Positions 37,882-47,466 of a stretch of 60,821 nucleotides of DNA are shown here, piece after piece (position 1 is the stretch's first letter; every line of letters begins with the position of its first letter). The notes below the pieces were generated by a model. The model made no database searches. It saw only the letters and a program-made list of their open reading frames with translations, and was not told the DNA's origin. Made by a program: the position numbers and the translations under genes. This stretch comes from an archaeon. GTDB taxonomy: Archaea; Micrarchaeota; Micrarchaeia; Anstonellales; Anstonellaceae. The stretch covers positions 1 through 60,821 of the forward strand of contig JAGVHI010000018.1 of NCBI GenBank assembly GCA_020056635.1. The letters are read 5' to 3'.

Positions 37882-38066
37882 TTTAAACCCCTGTCGCAAT
37901 ATCTTCCATTTACCTAATTACAGGGGTGACACTCCCGTGAATACGGGAAATCATCCATCGAGGGTTCGCGCATTTTTTCGCGCGCTCCCGAGAAGTCTGC
38001 CCTGTAAGTGTTTAGTTAGGTCACGTGATGCTTAGGGATTCAGTCCCTTAGGATAGGTAATCTCAG
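37882..38066 (+). promoter_or_regulatory. TATA box (TTTAAA at 37882) and structured 5' leader of the rpl3 operon
   Basis: Stems ACCTAA/TTAGGT and TTACAGGG/CCCTGTAA; hairpins TCCCGTGAATACGGGA and AGGGATTCAGTCCCT. Confidence 0.6.
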
Positions 38067-39029
38067 ATGGCAAATGTGCACAAGCACAGGAAAGGCTCGC
38101 TTGCATTCCGCCCGCGAAAGAGGGCGGAGAGCCAGAAGCCGCGAATCGGCGCGTGGGCAGCGGATGCGACTAAGGGGCTGCTCGGGTTTGCAGGCTACAA
38201 GGCTGGGATGACGCATTTCTCTTATATTGATGACACTGAAACCCCGACAAAGGGGCTGGAAGTGTCCGCTGCCGCAACAGTTGTGGAAGCCCCGCCGATG
38301 TATGTTTATGGTGTAAGGGCGTACAAGCGGGGGATTTGCATCGGCGATGTGCTGTGCGATGATGCAAAAAAGCTGGAAGATATCGGGATAACAAAGCATC
38401 CTGAAAGTTCGAAGAATAAGGAAAAATTGAAAGCTGAGAATGTGGATGATGTTTTTGTGCTTGCATTCTCGCAACCCGAAAAGACCGGGTTTGGGAAAAA
38501 AAGCCCGGAGCCCATGGAGATTGCGGTGGGCGGTGGGGATGCTGCTGAAAAGCTGGAATTTGCTTTTTCTGTGCTTGGAAAGGAGGTTTCTGCAACTGAC
38601 GTTTTCAAGGCTGGGGAATTTGTTGACACTATATCCATTACTAAGGGGAAGGGCTGGCAGGGCGCGGTAAAGCGGTTCGGGGTCGCAAAGCAGAGGAGAA
38701 AGGCGACTGGAAGGGTAAGGCACGTTGGGACATTGGGCCCGTGGCACCCTGCATATGTCATGTACACAGTCCCTATGGCAGGGCAGATGGGGTATCATAA
38801 GAGAACTGCGCTCAATGCAAGAGTGATGCAGATTGGGAAACCTGAGGGCATAAACCCAAAAGGCGGCTTTCCCCACTATGGAGTGCTTAAGAATGATTAT
38901 ATTTTGCTCAAAGGGTCGGTCGGCGGGCCCCCAAAAAGATTGGTGAGGCTGAGAAAAGCGGTAAGGAAAGCAGGCATGAAAGTGGCAACTCCGGCAATAA
39001 AGGGAGTGTCATTGGTAAGCAAGCAGTAA
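38067..39029 (+). CDS. rpl3: 50S ribosomal protein L3
   Basis: GSLAFRPRKRA, AGYKAGMTH, GQMGYHKRT. Confidence 0.97.
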   Translation: MANVHKHRKGSLAFRPRKRAESQKPRIGAWAADATKGLLGFAGYKAGMTHFSYIDDTETPTKGLEVSAAATVVEAPPMYVYGVRAYKRGICIGDVLCDDAKKLEDIGITKHPESSKNKEKLKAENVDDVFVLAFSQPEKTGFGKKSPEPMEIAVGGGDAAEKLEFAFSVLGKEVSATDVFKAGEFVDTISITKGKGWQGAVKRFGVAKQRRKATGRVRHVGTLGPWHPAYVMYTVPMAGQMGYHKRTALNARVMQIGKPEGINPKGGFPHYGVLKNDYILLKGSVGGPPKRLVRLRKAVRKAGMKVATPAIKGVSLVSKQ

Positions 39030-39038
39030 GTGATATTT

Positions 39039-39827
39039 ATGAAGAGCGTTCAGATGGTTGGGATGGATGGGAAGCCCCAGGGTGAGCTTAAGCTGCCTTC
39101 GGTGTTCTCCACAGAGGTGAACGAGGGGCTTGTGGCGCGTGCCGCAATCTCCGACCAGACCAAAAAGTACCAGCCCAAGGGAAGCTACATCTGGGCAGGG
39201 CTGGAAACGTCTGCCAGATACAGGGGGAGAAAAGAGGACTACGGCTCAAATAAGAACCGGGGCATGGCAAAGCTGCCGCACGAAATCCAGCCTGGCGGAA
39301 AGTTCGGCAAAGTGAAGAGAATCCCGTCGGCTGTGAAGGGGCGCAGGGCGTTCCCGCCGAAAGTGGAAACGAGGATAATTGAGGAGATTAACAAAAAGGA
39401 GTATGCTGTTGCGTTAAAGAGCGCGATTGCGGCAACCGCAAACGAGAACCTGGTGAAGGCAAGGGGGCATGCGCTTGGGAGCGTGAAAGTGCCAATTGTC
39501 GTTTCAAAGGATGCGGAGAATGTGGCGAAGACAAAGGATGTGCAAAAGATGCTTCTTGCAATCGGGATTGGGGCTGATTTGGAGCGCGCGCGCAAGGTCC
39601 GCAGAAGGAGCGGAGTGGGCTCAAGAAAGGGCGGGAAGAGGTACCCCAAGAGCGCGATTGTGATTGCAACAAAGGATTCAAAATTGCTCAAAGCTGCGAG
39701 GAATATTGCAGGAGTGGATGTTGCGGATGTGGAAAAGCTAAGCGTGCTTTCGCTTGCTCCTGGCGCAAAGGCGGGGAGATTGGCGATTTACACGCAAGGG
39801 GCGATTGAGAAACTGTCTGCGATGTGA
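39039..39827 (+). CDS. rpl4: 50S ribosomal protein L4
   Basis: GRRAFPPK, EEINKKE, ARNIAGVDV, LAPG...GRL. Confidence 0.95.
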   Translation: MKSVQMVGMDGKPQGELKLPSVFSTEVNEGLVARAAISDQTKKYQPKGSYIWAGLETSARYRGRKEDYGSNKNRGMAKLPHEIQPGGKFGKVKRIPSAVKGRRAFPPKVETRIIEEINKKEYAVALKSAIAATANENLVKARGHALGSVKVPIVVSKDAENVAKTKDVQKMLLAIGIGADLERARKVRRRSGVGSRKGGKRYPKSAIVIATKDSKLLKAARNIAGVDVADVEKLSVLSLAPGAKAGRLAIYTQGAIEKLSAM

Positions 39828-39831
39828 GAAA

Positions 39832-40080
39832 ATGGCAATAATGTATCCAATCACAACGGAAAAGGCAATCGGCCTGGTGGAATTGCAGAACACCATACAG
39901 TTCGTGGTGGACATGAAGGCCACAAAGCCCGAAATAAAGAAGGAAGTGGAAGAGACCTTCTCCGTGAAAGTGCAGTCCGTGAACACCTATGTGACCCCCA
40001 AGGGGGAAAAGAGAGCGTACGTGAAGCTGAAAAAGGAGTTCAAGGCTGATGACATTGCGGCAAAGCTCAAGATGGTTTGA
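39832..40080 (+). CDS. rpl23: 50S ribosomal protein L23
   Basis: PITTEKA, VNT, KRAYVKL. Confidence 0.95.
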   Translation: MAIMYPITTEKAIGLVELQNTIQFVVDMKATKPEIKKEVEETFSVKVQSVNTYVTPKGEKRAYVKLKKEFKADDIAAKLKMV

Positions 40081-40085
40081 TAGAT

Positions 40086-40856
40086 ATGGGTAAGCTACTG
40101 AAACAGCAGAGGAGGGGCAAAGGTTCCCCGGCATACCGCGCGCCTAGCCACAGGTACAAGGTGGATTTGGTATACAGGCCGTATGATGAGTTGGAAAGGA
40201 CCGGCTTCATGCGCGGGCAGGTGCTTTCGTTTGTAGACGACCCAGGAAGGCATGCGGTGCTGATGGAAGTGCTGTTTGAGAACAGCCAGAAATCCATGCT
40301 CCTTGCGCCAGAGGGAATCGCAGTGGGAGACCATATGGGGACGGGTGGGGCTGGGACCAGCCTGGCGCTTGGCTCGGTGCTGCCGCTCTCAAAAATTCCG
40401 GACGGGGCTTACATTTACAATATTGAGATGAGGGCAGGGGACGGCGGAAGGCTGGTCCGCACGCCCGGCGCTTATGCAACAATCGTTTCAAGGGAAGGGA
40501 ACAAGGTGTTTGTGAGGCTCCCAAGCAAGGTGACCAAGGTGCTTTTGGATAAGTGCAGGGCGCAGCTTGGGATTGTCTGCGGCGGAGGCCGATTGGAGAG
40601 GCCGCTTATGAAGGCGGGAAATTCACACTACAAAAAGCACGCGCAGAACAGGAAATGGCCGGTGAACCGCGGAGTGCACATGTCAGCATATACCCACCCG
40701 TTCGGCGGAAAGCAGCACCACAAGGGGCGCGGGAGCGCAACTGCAAGGGGCGCGCCGCCTGGAAGGAAGGTCGGGCACATTGCCGCGCGCAGCACTGGCA
40801 GGAAGAAGGTGCATGTAGAGGAGCAGAAGCTCGAGCAGAGGCAGAGTTGGGAATAG
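40086..40856 (+). CDS. rpl2: 50S ribosomal protein L2
   Basis: MGK....QRRGKG, HPFGG, PPGRKVGHIAAR. Confidence 0.97.
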   Translation: MGKLLKQQRRGKGSPAYRAPSHRYKVDLVYRPYDELERTGFMRGQVLSFVDDPGRHAVLMEVLFENSQKSMLLAPEGIAVGDHMGTGGAGTSLALGSVLPLSKIPDGAYIYNIEMRAGDGGRLVRTPGAYATIVSREGNKVFVRLPSKVTKVLLDKCRAQLGIVCGGGRLERPLMKAGNSHYKKHAQNRKWPVNRGVHMSAYTHPFGGKQHHKGRGSATARGAPPGRKVGHIAARSTGRKKVHVEEQKLEQRQSWE

Positions 40857-40870
40857 GCAGGCGATGGAAT

Positions 40871-41275
40871 ATGGTCAGGATAGAAAAGGTAAGGGGAAAG
40901 ACAGAGGCCGAGATGAAATCGCTCACAATCGAGCAGGCGATGCCGCTTTTCACTTCGCGCGCAAGAAGGGCAGTGAAGCGGGCGGTAAACAAGTCCATTG
41001 AATTCAAAAAATTGCTAAAGAAGGTTGCAAAACTTCAGAAGGCAGGCAAGGGGGAGAAGCCGATAAGGACGCAAGTAAGGGAAGCAGTCATTCTGCCTGA
41101 CTGGATCGGGCTTACGTTTGCAGTGCATGCCGGGAAGGAATGGAAACCGGTAAAGGTCACATTCGATAAAGTTGGGTACAGGCTAGGGGATTTCGCGCAC
41201 ACCACCGGGAGGGTATTGCACTCCGGGCCGGGAGTGGGCGCAACCCGCGGGTCGAAGTTCATCCCGCTCAAGTGA
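40871..41275 (+). CDS. rps19: 30S ribosomal protein S19
   Basis: RARR, IRT, GY.LGDF, PGVGATRGSKFIPLK. Confidence 0.95.
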   Translation: MVRIEKVRGKTEAEMKSLTIEQAMPLFTSRARRAVKRAVNKSIEFKKLLKKVAKLQKAGKGEKPIRTQVREAVILPDWIGLTFAVHAGKEWKPVKVTFDKVGYRLGDFAHTTGRVLHSGPGVGATRGSKFIPLK

Positions 41276-41280
41276 GCAAT

Positions 41281-41982
41281 ATGGAACACAACTATGCTTT
41301 CAAGGCAAACCGGCGCGGTCGCGTCGTTTCCCTAGCAAACGGCGGGGAGATGGCGAAAGCCAGCAAGCGCGGCGTAGACGCGTCGTACAAGGATTTGTGC
41401 GAAGTGTGCTCGAACGTGCGGGGCATGGATGCGCAGTCCGCGCTCGCGTTCCTTGAGCTTGCGGCAAAAAAAGAGGTTGCAATCAGGTTCTACCGGCACA
41501 ATGCGGGAATGGGGCACAGGAAGCAGCTGGGCGGCGCAAAAGGAGGCTGGCCAGTGAAATCCGTGAAAATTGTGAAAGAGGTGCTTGAGAACGCGATTGC
41601 AAATGGGAAGAGCCTTGCAAGCCCGTATGTCGCCCACATCCAGGCGAACAAGCAGGATATCCTGCCAAGGATGTCGCCGAAGGGAAGAAGGATGAGGATG
41701 GATTACGAGACTGCGTTTGTTGAGATTGTGCTCCTGGAACGGCCCGGGGCGAAGAAGGGGGCGGATGAGAAAAAAGCGAAACCGGAAAAGAAGGAAACTA
41801 AAACTGAAATGAAAATCGAAAAGGACAAGGTAGTGGTCAGCGAGAAGAAATCCGAAGAGGAGAAAGAGACTGAGCAGAAGAAAGAGGAAAAAGCGGCTGA
41901 AAAGCTGGCGCAGAAAGCCGAGGATGCGGCATCGAAGTCCGCAGTCCACACGTCTCAGCATGTTCCAAAGAAACCGATGTAG
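41281..41982 (+). CDS. rpl22: 50S ribosomal protein L22 with a Lys/Glu-rich C-terminal tail
   Basis: SYK...EVC..VRGM, GHRK, G.WPVK, NAIAN; operon position. Confidence 0.93.
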   Translation: MEHNYAFKANRRGRVVSLANGGEMAKASKRGVDASYKDLCEVCSNVRGMDAQSALAFLELAAKKEVAIRFYRHNAGMGHRKQLGGAKGGWPVKSVKIVKEVLENAIANGKSLASPYVAHIQANKQDILPRMSPKGRRMRMDYETAFVEIVLLERPGAKKGADEKKAKPEKKETKTEMKIEKDKVVVSEKKSEEEKETEQKKEEKAAEKLAQKAEDAASKSAVHTSQHVPKKPM

Positions 41983-41996
41983 ATTGAGGGGAAATA

Positions 41997-42737
41997 ATGG
42001 GAATAGAAAAGAAATTCATTGAGGATGCAATCACAAGGTACCGCGTGTCCAACTTCCTTGAGGGGGAGCTTGACAGGGCGGGCTTTTCGCGCGTGGACAT
42101 ACAGAGGACGCCGATGGTCACAAGAGTCGCAGTTGAGGTGACAAACCCGGGAAAAGTGATTGGGAAAAAGGGAAAGAGCATCCGGGACCTGACTGAGCTC
42201 ATACAAAGGGAATTCAAGATTGACAACCCGCAGATTTCGGTGATTGAGACCCCGAGGCCAGAGCTTGAGCCGAGGCTGATTGCGAAGAAAGCGTGCAGGT
42301 ACATTGAGATGGGCAAGAAAGTGCGCGCCATTTTGCACTTTTTGCTCCGCGACATCATGAGGAATGGGGCGCTTGGGGCGGAAATAGTAGCGTCGGGAAA
42401 GATTGCGGCAAAAGGCGCGCGCAGCAAGAAGTTTAGGGTGTTTGCGGGCTATATCCCGAAAGCCGGGGAGCCTGCAAGGCTTGTGGCAGAGGACCACGTT
42501 ACCGCTTACCCGAAGTCCGGGGCAATCGGGGTGCTGGTAAGGATAGTGCTTCCGGGCACCGTGTTCCCGGACAAGAAGCCAGTTGCAAAGATTGAGATTC
42601 CGAAAATCATCGCAAGCGCCGCGGACGTGACTGACAGGACTCCGCGCGAGGCGACTGGGGAGGAGAAAAAGCAGATTACTGCGCCCCCGAAGCGGGAGTT
42701 TGACAGGAGAAGGGGGCCGCCAAGAAGGAGAAGGTAA
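41997..42737 (+). CDS. rps3: 30S ribosomal protein S3
   Basis: PGKVIGKKG KH motif, GALGAEI..SGK, G.IGV.V.I. Confidence 0.96.
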   Translation: MGIEKKFIEDAITRYRVSNFLEGELDRAGFSRVDIQRTPMVTRVAVEVTNPGKVIGKKGKSIRDLTELIQREFKIDNPQISVIETPRPELEPRLIAKKACRYIEMGKKVRAILHFLLRDIMRNGALGAEIVASGKIAAKGARSKKFRVFAGYIPKAGEPARLVAEDHVTAYPKSGAIGVLVRIVLPGTVFPDKKPVAKIEIPKIIASAADVTDRTPREATGEEKKQITAPPKREFDRRRGPPRRRR

Positions 42738-42742
42738 TTGGA

Positions 42743-42985
42743 ATGGCAATACTAAGGTCCAATCAGATCCGGGAAATGGCAGATGCGGAAGCCGCAGCGA
42801 AGCTCACTGAAGTGAAAAACGAGCTTTCGCTTGAGAGGGGAAGGGTAAGGCGCGGAGGGAAATCGACGAACTCGGGCCGGATTTCCGAGCTTGCGCGCAC
42901 AGTTGCAAGGATGATGACAATCATGCACGAAAAGAAGAAGGGAATCGTGCGGAAGATAAGGGAGAGAAAAAAGAAAACAGGATGA
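42743..42985 (+). CDS. rpl29: 50S ribosomal protein L29
   Basis: MAILR...IREM, GRI....RTVARMMT. Confidence 0.93.
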   Translation: MAILRSNQIREMADAEAAAKLTEVKNELSLERGRVRRGGKSTNSGRISELARTVARMMTIMHEKKKGIVRKIRERKKKTG

Positions 42986-42991
42986 GGAGGA

Positions 42992-43330
42992 TTGAGTGGA
43001 TTGGCAGAACTTTGCCCGAAATGCGGACTGATGAAGGAGATATGTGCCTGCGACATTCTCGAAAAGGAGGATGTGCAGAAAATCAGGGCGTTTGCAACCA
43101 AGAAAAACTTCCGCAAGCTCGTGACCATTGTCGAGGGGCTGGATGAGGCGCGGCTTGAGAAGACCGCAAAGGAGCTCAAGACAAGGCTTGCGTGCGGCGG
43201 GACTGCCAAGGATGGGATCATAGTGCTGCAGGGGGACCACACAGGCAAGCTCAAGAAAATGCTGGTGGACATCGGGTACCCCGAAGGGAGCATCACAGTG
43301 GTGCCGTACGTGAATGAGAGAAGGAGATGA
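42992..43330 (+). CDS. Translation initiation factor SUI1 (aIF1)
   Basis: CPKCGL...IC.C, LK..LACGGT.K, LQGDH. Confidence 0.93.
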   Translation: MSGLAELCPKCGLMKEICACDILEKEDVQKIRAFATKKNFRKLVTIVEGLDEARLEKTAKELKTRLACGGTAKDGIIVLQGDHTGKLKKMLVDIGYPEGSITVVPYVNERRR

Positions 43331-43602
43331 TTGCAAAAATGAGGGAAATCGAAGTGCACGAACTGATCGGGCTGAGTGTGAAAGTCGTGAAAGCGGCTTC
43401 ATTGGACCTGGTTGGGGTATCCGGCGTGGTGGTCGACGAGACCAAGAACACGCTTGTGGTGCAAACCAAATCAGGCGGGAAAATTGTGCCCAAGGAGGGA
43501 AGCACGTTCGAATTCCAATTCAGGGGGAAATCGGAACTATTGGACGGGGGAAGAATTTGCTTTCGCCCGGAAGACCGGCTGAAAAAAGTGAAAAAGGGAT
43601 GA
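43327..43602 (+). CDS. rnp1: RNase P protein Rpp29
   Basis: HELIGL.V.V, G.VVDETKNT, VPK, RPEDR. Confidence 0.93.
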   Translation: MIAKMREIEVHELIGLSVKVVKAASLDLVGVSGVVVDETKNTLVVQTKSGGKIVPKEGSTFEFQFRGKSELLDGGRICFRPEDRLKKVKKG

Positions 43603-43605
43603 AGT

Positions 43606-44007
43606 ATGGTTGCAGTTGAAAACGAAAAGGGAACGCAGAACGCCTCGCGGCCGCTCTCGCTTCGCGGGCATGTGACCGAGGGGACAGTGGTTTCGGACAA
43701 GAACAAGCTCACAGTGATTGTGGAGAAGCCCACGCTCACGTACATCTCAAAGTACAAGCGATATGCACGGACGCATTCGCGGATTCCGGCGCACAACCCG
43801 CTTGAGATCGGCGCAAAGCTCGGGGACCTGGTGAAGATTGCCGAATGCAGGCGCATCTCAAAGACCAAGGCATGGATCGTGACTGAGATTGTGCGCAAAG
43901 CGGGCGAGCTTGAGGCGGTCCAGGCATCAAAGATTGAGAAGAAGCGCGAGGAGCGGGTGCAGAAGAGGCACAAGGAAGAGGAAAAAGGCGGGGAGAAGAA
44001 GGAGTAA
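43606..44007 (+). CDS. rps17: 30S ribosomal protein S17
   Basis: G.VVS.K, KYKRY, AHNP, ECRRISKTK. Confidence 0.95.
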   Translation: MVAVENEKGTQNASRPLSLRGHVTEGTVVSDKNKLTVIVEKPTLTYISKYKRYARTHSRIPAHNPLEIGAKLGDLVKIAECRRISKTKAWIVTEIVRKAGELEAVQASKIEKKREERVQKRHKEEEKGGEKKE

Positions 44008-44030
44008 ACAGTCATAGTGGCGTGGTTTGC

Positions 44031-44429
44031 ATGAAAGGATTGGGCTCAACCGTAACAAAGGCGATTTGCGTTGGCACGCAGCTTGTGTGCAACGACAACT
44101 CCGGCGCCAAGATAGTCGAGGTCATAGGCGTTGACGGGTACCGCGCAAAGCGCGGCATGATTCCCAAGGCAGGCGTGTCAGAGGTAGTCACTTGCGCAGT
44201 CAAGAAAGGGACGCAGGCAATGAAGAAGAAAGTGGTCAAGGCAGTCATAGTCCGGCAGAGAAAGGAATTCAGAAGGCCTAACGGCACCCGGATTTCATTT
44301 GAGGACAATGCAGCAGTGCTGGTGGACGACCAGGGACTGCCTGTCGGAACGGAGATCAAGGGTGCAGTGGCGCGCGAGGTTGCCGACCGGTTCCCGAAAG
44401 TGGCCGCGATTGCAGCAGCAGTAGTGTAA
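44031..44429 (+). CDS. rpl14: 50S ribosomal protein L14
   Basis: DNSGAK, RQRKEFRR, FEDNAAV. Confidence 0.96.
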   Translation: MKGLGSTVTKAICVGTQLVCNDNSGAKIVEVIGVDGYRAKRGMIPKAGVSEVVTCAVKKGTQAMKKKVVKAVIVRQRKEFRRPNGTRISFEDNAAVLVDDQGLPVGTEIKGAVAREVADRFPKVAAIAAAVV

Positions 44430-44441
44430 GATGTGATAGTT

Positions 44442-44765
44442 ATGCAGAAAACAACACAGCCAAGGAAGCAGAGGAAAAGGAGGGCCCTTGCGCCCATGCA
44501 CATCCGAAAGAAGCTCATGTGCGCGAATGTGGCAAAGGAATTGCGGGCTGCGCTTGGCGGGCGCTCGTCTACTGTGCACAAAGGGGACAGGGTGAAAGTG
44601 CTTGTGGGCAGGAAAAAGGGGCACACTGGAAAAGTGATACGCTGCGATTACAATGACCTGAAAGTGTACATCGAAGGGCTAAGCGCGCGCAATGCGAAGG
44701 GAACTGAGAAGCTGATCCCAGTCGCGCCGTGCAACGTGCAGATAATCGAGAGGGAGAAGCAGTAA
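44442..44765 (+). CDS. rpl24: 50S ribosomal protein L24
   Basis: QPRKQRK, KGDRVKV..G KOW motif. Confidence 0.94.
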   Translation: MQKTTQPRKQRKRRALAPMHIRKKLMCANVAKELRAALGGRSSTVHKGDRVKVLVGRKKGHTGKVIRCDYNDLKVYIEGLSARNAKGTEKLIPVAPCNVQIIEREKQ

Positions 44766-44776
44766 GGTGGATGATT

Positions 44777-45475
44777 ATGGCAAGAAAAGGACCGTCAAAG
44801 CACCTGGCGCGGCTCACAGTCCCGGCAAGCCTGCCAGTAAAAGGGAAGAAGCAGAACATGTGGCTCTCAATGCCACGGCCCGGGCCTCACAAGAAGCACG
44901 AGAGCATCACCCTGCTGGTGCTGCTTAGGGATGTGATCGGGATTGCAAAGAACGCATACGAGGCAAAGAATGCAATCAAGTCCGGCTTTGTGCTTGTGGA
45001 TGGGAGGAGAGTGAATGACGAGAGGATCCCAATCGGGCTCATGGATGTAATTGCGTTCCCTGCGGAGAAGAAAGCGTATGAGATGGTGATTAGGAAGGGG
45101 AAGATGGTCCCGGTGCAGCACGAGGCAAAGCACCAGAAGCTCTGCAAGGTGGTTGGCAAGCACACCATTGCGGGCGGGAAAACGGTGCTAACACTGCATG
45201 ATGGCAGGAACTGCCTTGCGGACGACAAGATATCAGTGGGGGACTCAGTCACGTTTGATTTTGTCGGGAAGAAGATAACCGCGGTGCACAAGCTTGCGCC
45301 CGGCTGCCGCTGTCTTGTGGTGGACGGAAAGCACGCAGGCGCGGTCGCAGAGCTTGAGTCTGTGCTCGAGAGGAAGGGCTCGATGGGCAACGATGCAAAG
45401 ATGAAGGGAGAAACAGGAGAGTTCATCACCGCATTGAAGTACCTGTTCGTGGTGGATGAGAAGTTCAAGCAGTGA
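44777..45475 (+). CDS. rps4e: 30S ribosomal protein S4e
   Basis: KHL.RL, PGPH, VDG, GLMDVI, LHDGRN. Confidence 0.95.
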   Translation: MARKGPSKHLARLTVPASLPVKGKKQNMWLSMPRPGPHKKHESITLLVLLRDVIGIAKNAYEAKNAIKSGFVLVDGRRVNDERIPIGLMDVIAFPAEKKAYEMVIRKGKMVPVQHEAKHQKLCKVVGKHTIAGGKTVLTLHDGRNCLADDKISVGDSVTFDFVGKKITAVHKLAPGCRCLVVDGKHAGAVAELESVLERKGSMGNDAKMKGETGEFITALKYLFVVDEKFKQ

Positions 45476-45499
45476 ATCATAATTGAGTAGGGATGGAAC

Positions 45500-46015
45500 A
45501 TGGAAAGCAACCCGATGAAGGAAGTGGGAATCGAAAAGGTCACGCTGAACATCGGCGTGGGCGGAGCAGGAGCTGCGCTTGAGAACGCAAAAGTGCTCCT
45601 TGAGAGGCTCACCGGGAGGAAGGCAGTGAACACGCTTGCAAGGGTGCGAAACCCAGTATTCAAAATAAAGCGGGGCGACCCGATTGGCGCAAAAGTGACG
45701 ATTCGGGGCACAGACGCGCTCGAATTTGCGAAAAAGGCGCTTGTTGCGCGCGACGGGAAGCTCTCGGGCAGGAGCTTTGACCGGACTGGGAATTTCTCAT
45801 TCGGGGTCCCGGAGTACATTGATTTCCCAGGCGCGAAGTACGACCCGAAAATCGGAATCATTGGGTTTGATGTGTGCGTCACGCTGCGCAGGAAGGGCGG
45901 CTATAGGATTGTAAAGAGGAGGAGGGCCGCATCCAGGATAGGGAGGCATCATGTGGTGACAAAGGACGAGGCAATTTCATTTGCGCAAGCCCGCTTGGGC
46001 GCGCAGGTTTCATGA
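45500..46015 (+). CDS. rpl5: 50S ribosomal protein L5
   Basis: NPM, KV.LNIGVG, GNFSFG, YDP.IGI.G. Confidence 0.96.
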   Translation: MESNPMKEVGIEKVTLNIGVGGAGAALENAKVLLERLTGRKAVNTLARVRNPVFKIKRGDPIGAKVTIRGTDALEFAKKALVARDGKLSGRSFDRTGNFSFGVPEYIDFPGAKYDPKIGIIGFDVCVTLRRKGGYRIVKRRRAASRIGRHHVVTKDEAISFAQARLGAQVS

Positions 46016-46024
46016 GGTGTAGGG

Positions 46025-46180
46025 ATGGCCATTGCACTTGAACACAGATACAAGGGAAAGGGGAAGAGGAAATGCCGGTTCTGCGGCGGGGCGCGCGGGC
46101 TGATCCGCTCGTACGGGCTGCAGACATGCCGAAGATGCTTTAGGGAAGTAGGGGAAGAGATAGGGTTCAGGAAATATTGA
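46025..46180 (+). CDS. rps14: 30S ribosomal protein S14 (zinc type; below ORF-track cutoff)
   Basis: 51 aa: [11 protein letters not shown]...[16 protein letters not shown]...IGFRKY. Confidence 0.95.
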   Translation: MAIALEHRYKGKGKRKCRFCGGARGLIRSYGLQTCRRCFREVGEEIGFRKY

Positions 46181-46192
46181 AGGGATGATGAT

Positions 46193-46579
46193 ATGACAAA
46201 TGATCCACTCGCAGACGCGCTCAACACAATAAAGACCCATGAGATGTACGGGATGAAGGAGTGCGTAGTTCGGCCTTCTAGGCTTGTGCGCGAAACTCTC
46301 CGCATACTCCAGGTCCGCGGCTACGTCGGCGAGTTTGAATATGTGGATGACGGGAGAAGCGGGTTCTTCAAAGTGAGGCTGCTTGGGAAAATCAACCAGA
46401 CAGGGTGCATAAAGCCCCGGTTCCCTGTGAAAAAGGGGGAATGGAGCGGCTGGGAGCAGAAATTCATCCCTGGGGAGGGATTCGGATTCCTCATAGTTTC
46501 AACCCCCAAGGGGCTGATGACTAATGAGGAGGCAAAGTCCCAGAATTCAGGCGGAAGATTGATTGCATTCGTATATTGA
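46193..46579 (+). CDS. rps8: 30S ribosomal protein S8
   Basis: DPLADAL, DDGRSG, IKPRF, VSTPKG, GGRLIAFVY. Confidence 0.96.
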   Translation: MTNDPLADALNTIKTHEMYGMKECVVRPSRLVRETLRILQVRGYVGEFEYVDDGRSGFFKVRLLGKINQTGCIKPRFPVKKGEWSGWEQKFIPGEGFGFLIVSTPKGLMTNEEAKSQNSGGRLIAFVY

Positions 46580-46589
46580 AGTGAGCTAC

Positions 46590-47078
46590 ATGGAAATCCC
46601 AACTGGAGTAAATGTGAAAGTCGAGCCCGGCAGGATTACGGTTCGGGGGCCAAAGGGCGAAGTGAGCGCACCCTTCAAGACAAGGGAGGCGAAGGTCACC
46701 TTAAAGGGCAGCGAGCTTGAGGTAGAGGCTGAAAAACGGCTTGCGAACACGATACTGTCGCACGTGCGCAACATGATTCTCGGGGTCACACAAGGGTATT
46801 CGAAGAAACTAAAGGCGCTCTACTCGCACTTCCCGCTTTCAATGGAGGTAAAGGGGAAGGAAGTCATGATAAAGAATTTCCTTGGGGAAAAGCAGCCGCG
46901 CAAAGTGAACATTGTGGGCGCGACCAAGGTTGAAGTGAAGGGGCAGGAGATGACAGTTTGGGGCCCGTCAAAGGAGGATGTGGGCCAGACGCTTGCAAAC
47001 ATCAAGACCGCGACAAAAATCAAGAACCGCGACCACCGCGTGTTCCAGGATGGGCTGTATGCGGTTGCGGAACTGTAA
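46590..47078 (+). CDS. rpl6: 50S ribosomal protein L6
   Basis: V.GPKG, HFP, NFLGEK, D.RVFQDG.Y. Confidence 0.95.
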   Translation: MEIPTGVNVKVEPGRITVRGPKGEVSAPFKTREAKVTLKGSELEVEAEKRLANTILSHVRNMILGVTQGYSKKLKALYSHFPLSMEVKGKEVMIKNFLGEKQPRKVNIVGATKVEVKGQEMTVWGPSKEDVGQTLANIKTATKIKNRDHRVFQDGLYAVAEL

Positions 47079-47090
47079 AATGTGATAGAT

Positions 47091-47456
47091 ATGGCAATTC
47101 AGAAGAAAAAGCACCCGAAGTTCCTTCGCCCGAATTATGGCCGAAGCTCCAGGAGCCGGATCGGCTTGGCATGGAGGGCGCCCCGCGGCATTGACAACAA
47201 GAAAAGGCGCAAGGTCGAATATATGGGCGCATCGCCCTCAATCGGCCACCGGAACGCAAAGAAAGTGAGGGGGAAGAGGAAGGACGACGGGCTGCGGGAG
47301 AGGCTTGTGCACAATGTGAATGAAGCTGAGGCTGTGCTAAAAGAGAAGGATGCAGCCAAATTGTATTTCGTGAAAATTGCAGGCGGGGTGGGAAAGAAGA
47401 AGAGGGAGGCAGTGCGCTCGAAATGCGCATCTGTTGGAGTGAAGGTTTCAAACTGA
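47091..47456 (+). CDS. rpl32e: 50S ribosomal protein L32e
   Basis: PKF.R, WR.PRGIDNK.R, LVHNV.E. Confidence 0.94.
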   Translation: MAIQKKKHPKFLRPNYGRSSRSRIGLAWRAPRGIDNKKRRKVEYMGASPSIGHRNAKKVRGKRKDDGLRERLVHNVNEAEAVLKEKDAAKLYFVKIAGGVGKKKREAVRSKCASVGVKVSN

Positions 47457-47466
47457 TCTAGAGGTC

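Noticed and set aside
37882-38066. SRP RNA or RNase P RNA
   Set aside because: The region is too short, and I could not find the SRP helix-8 or RNase P P4 motifs
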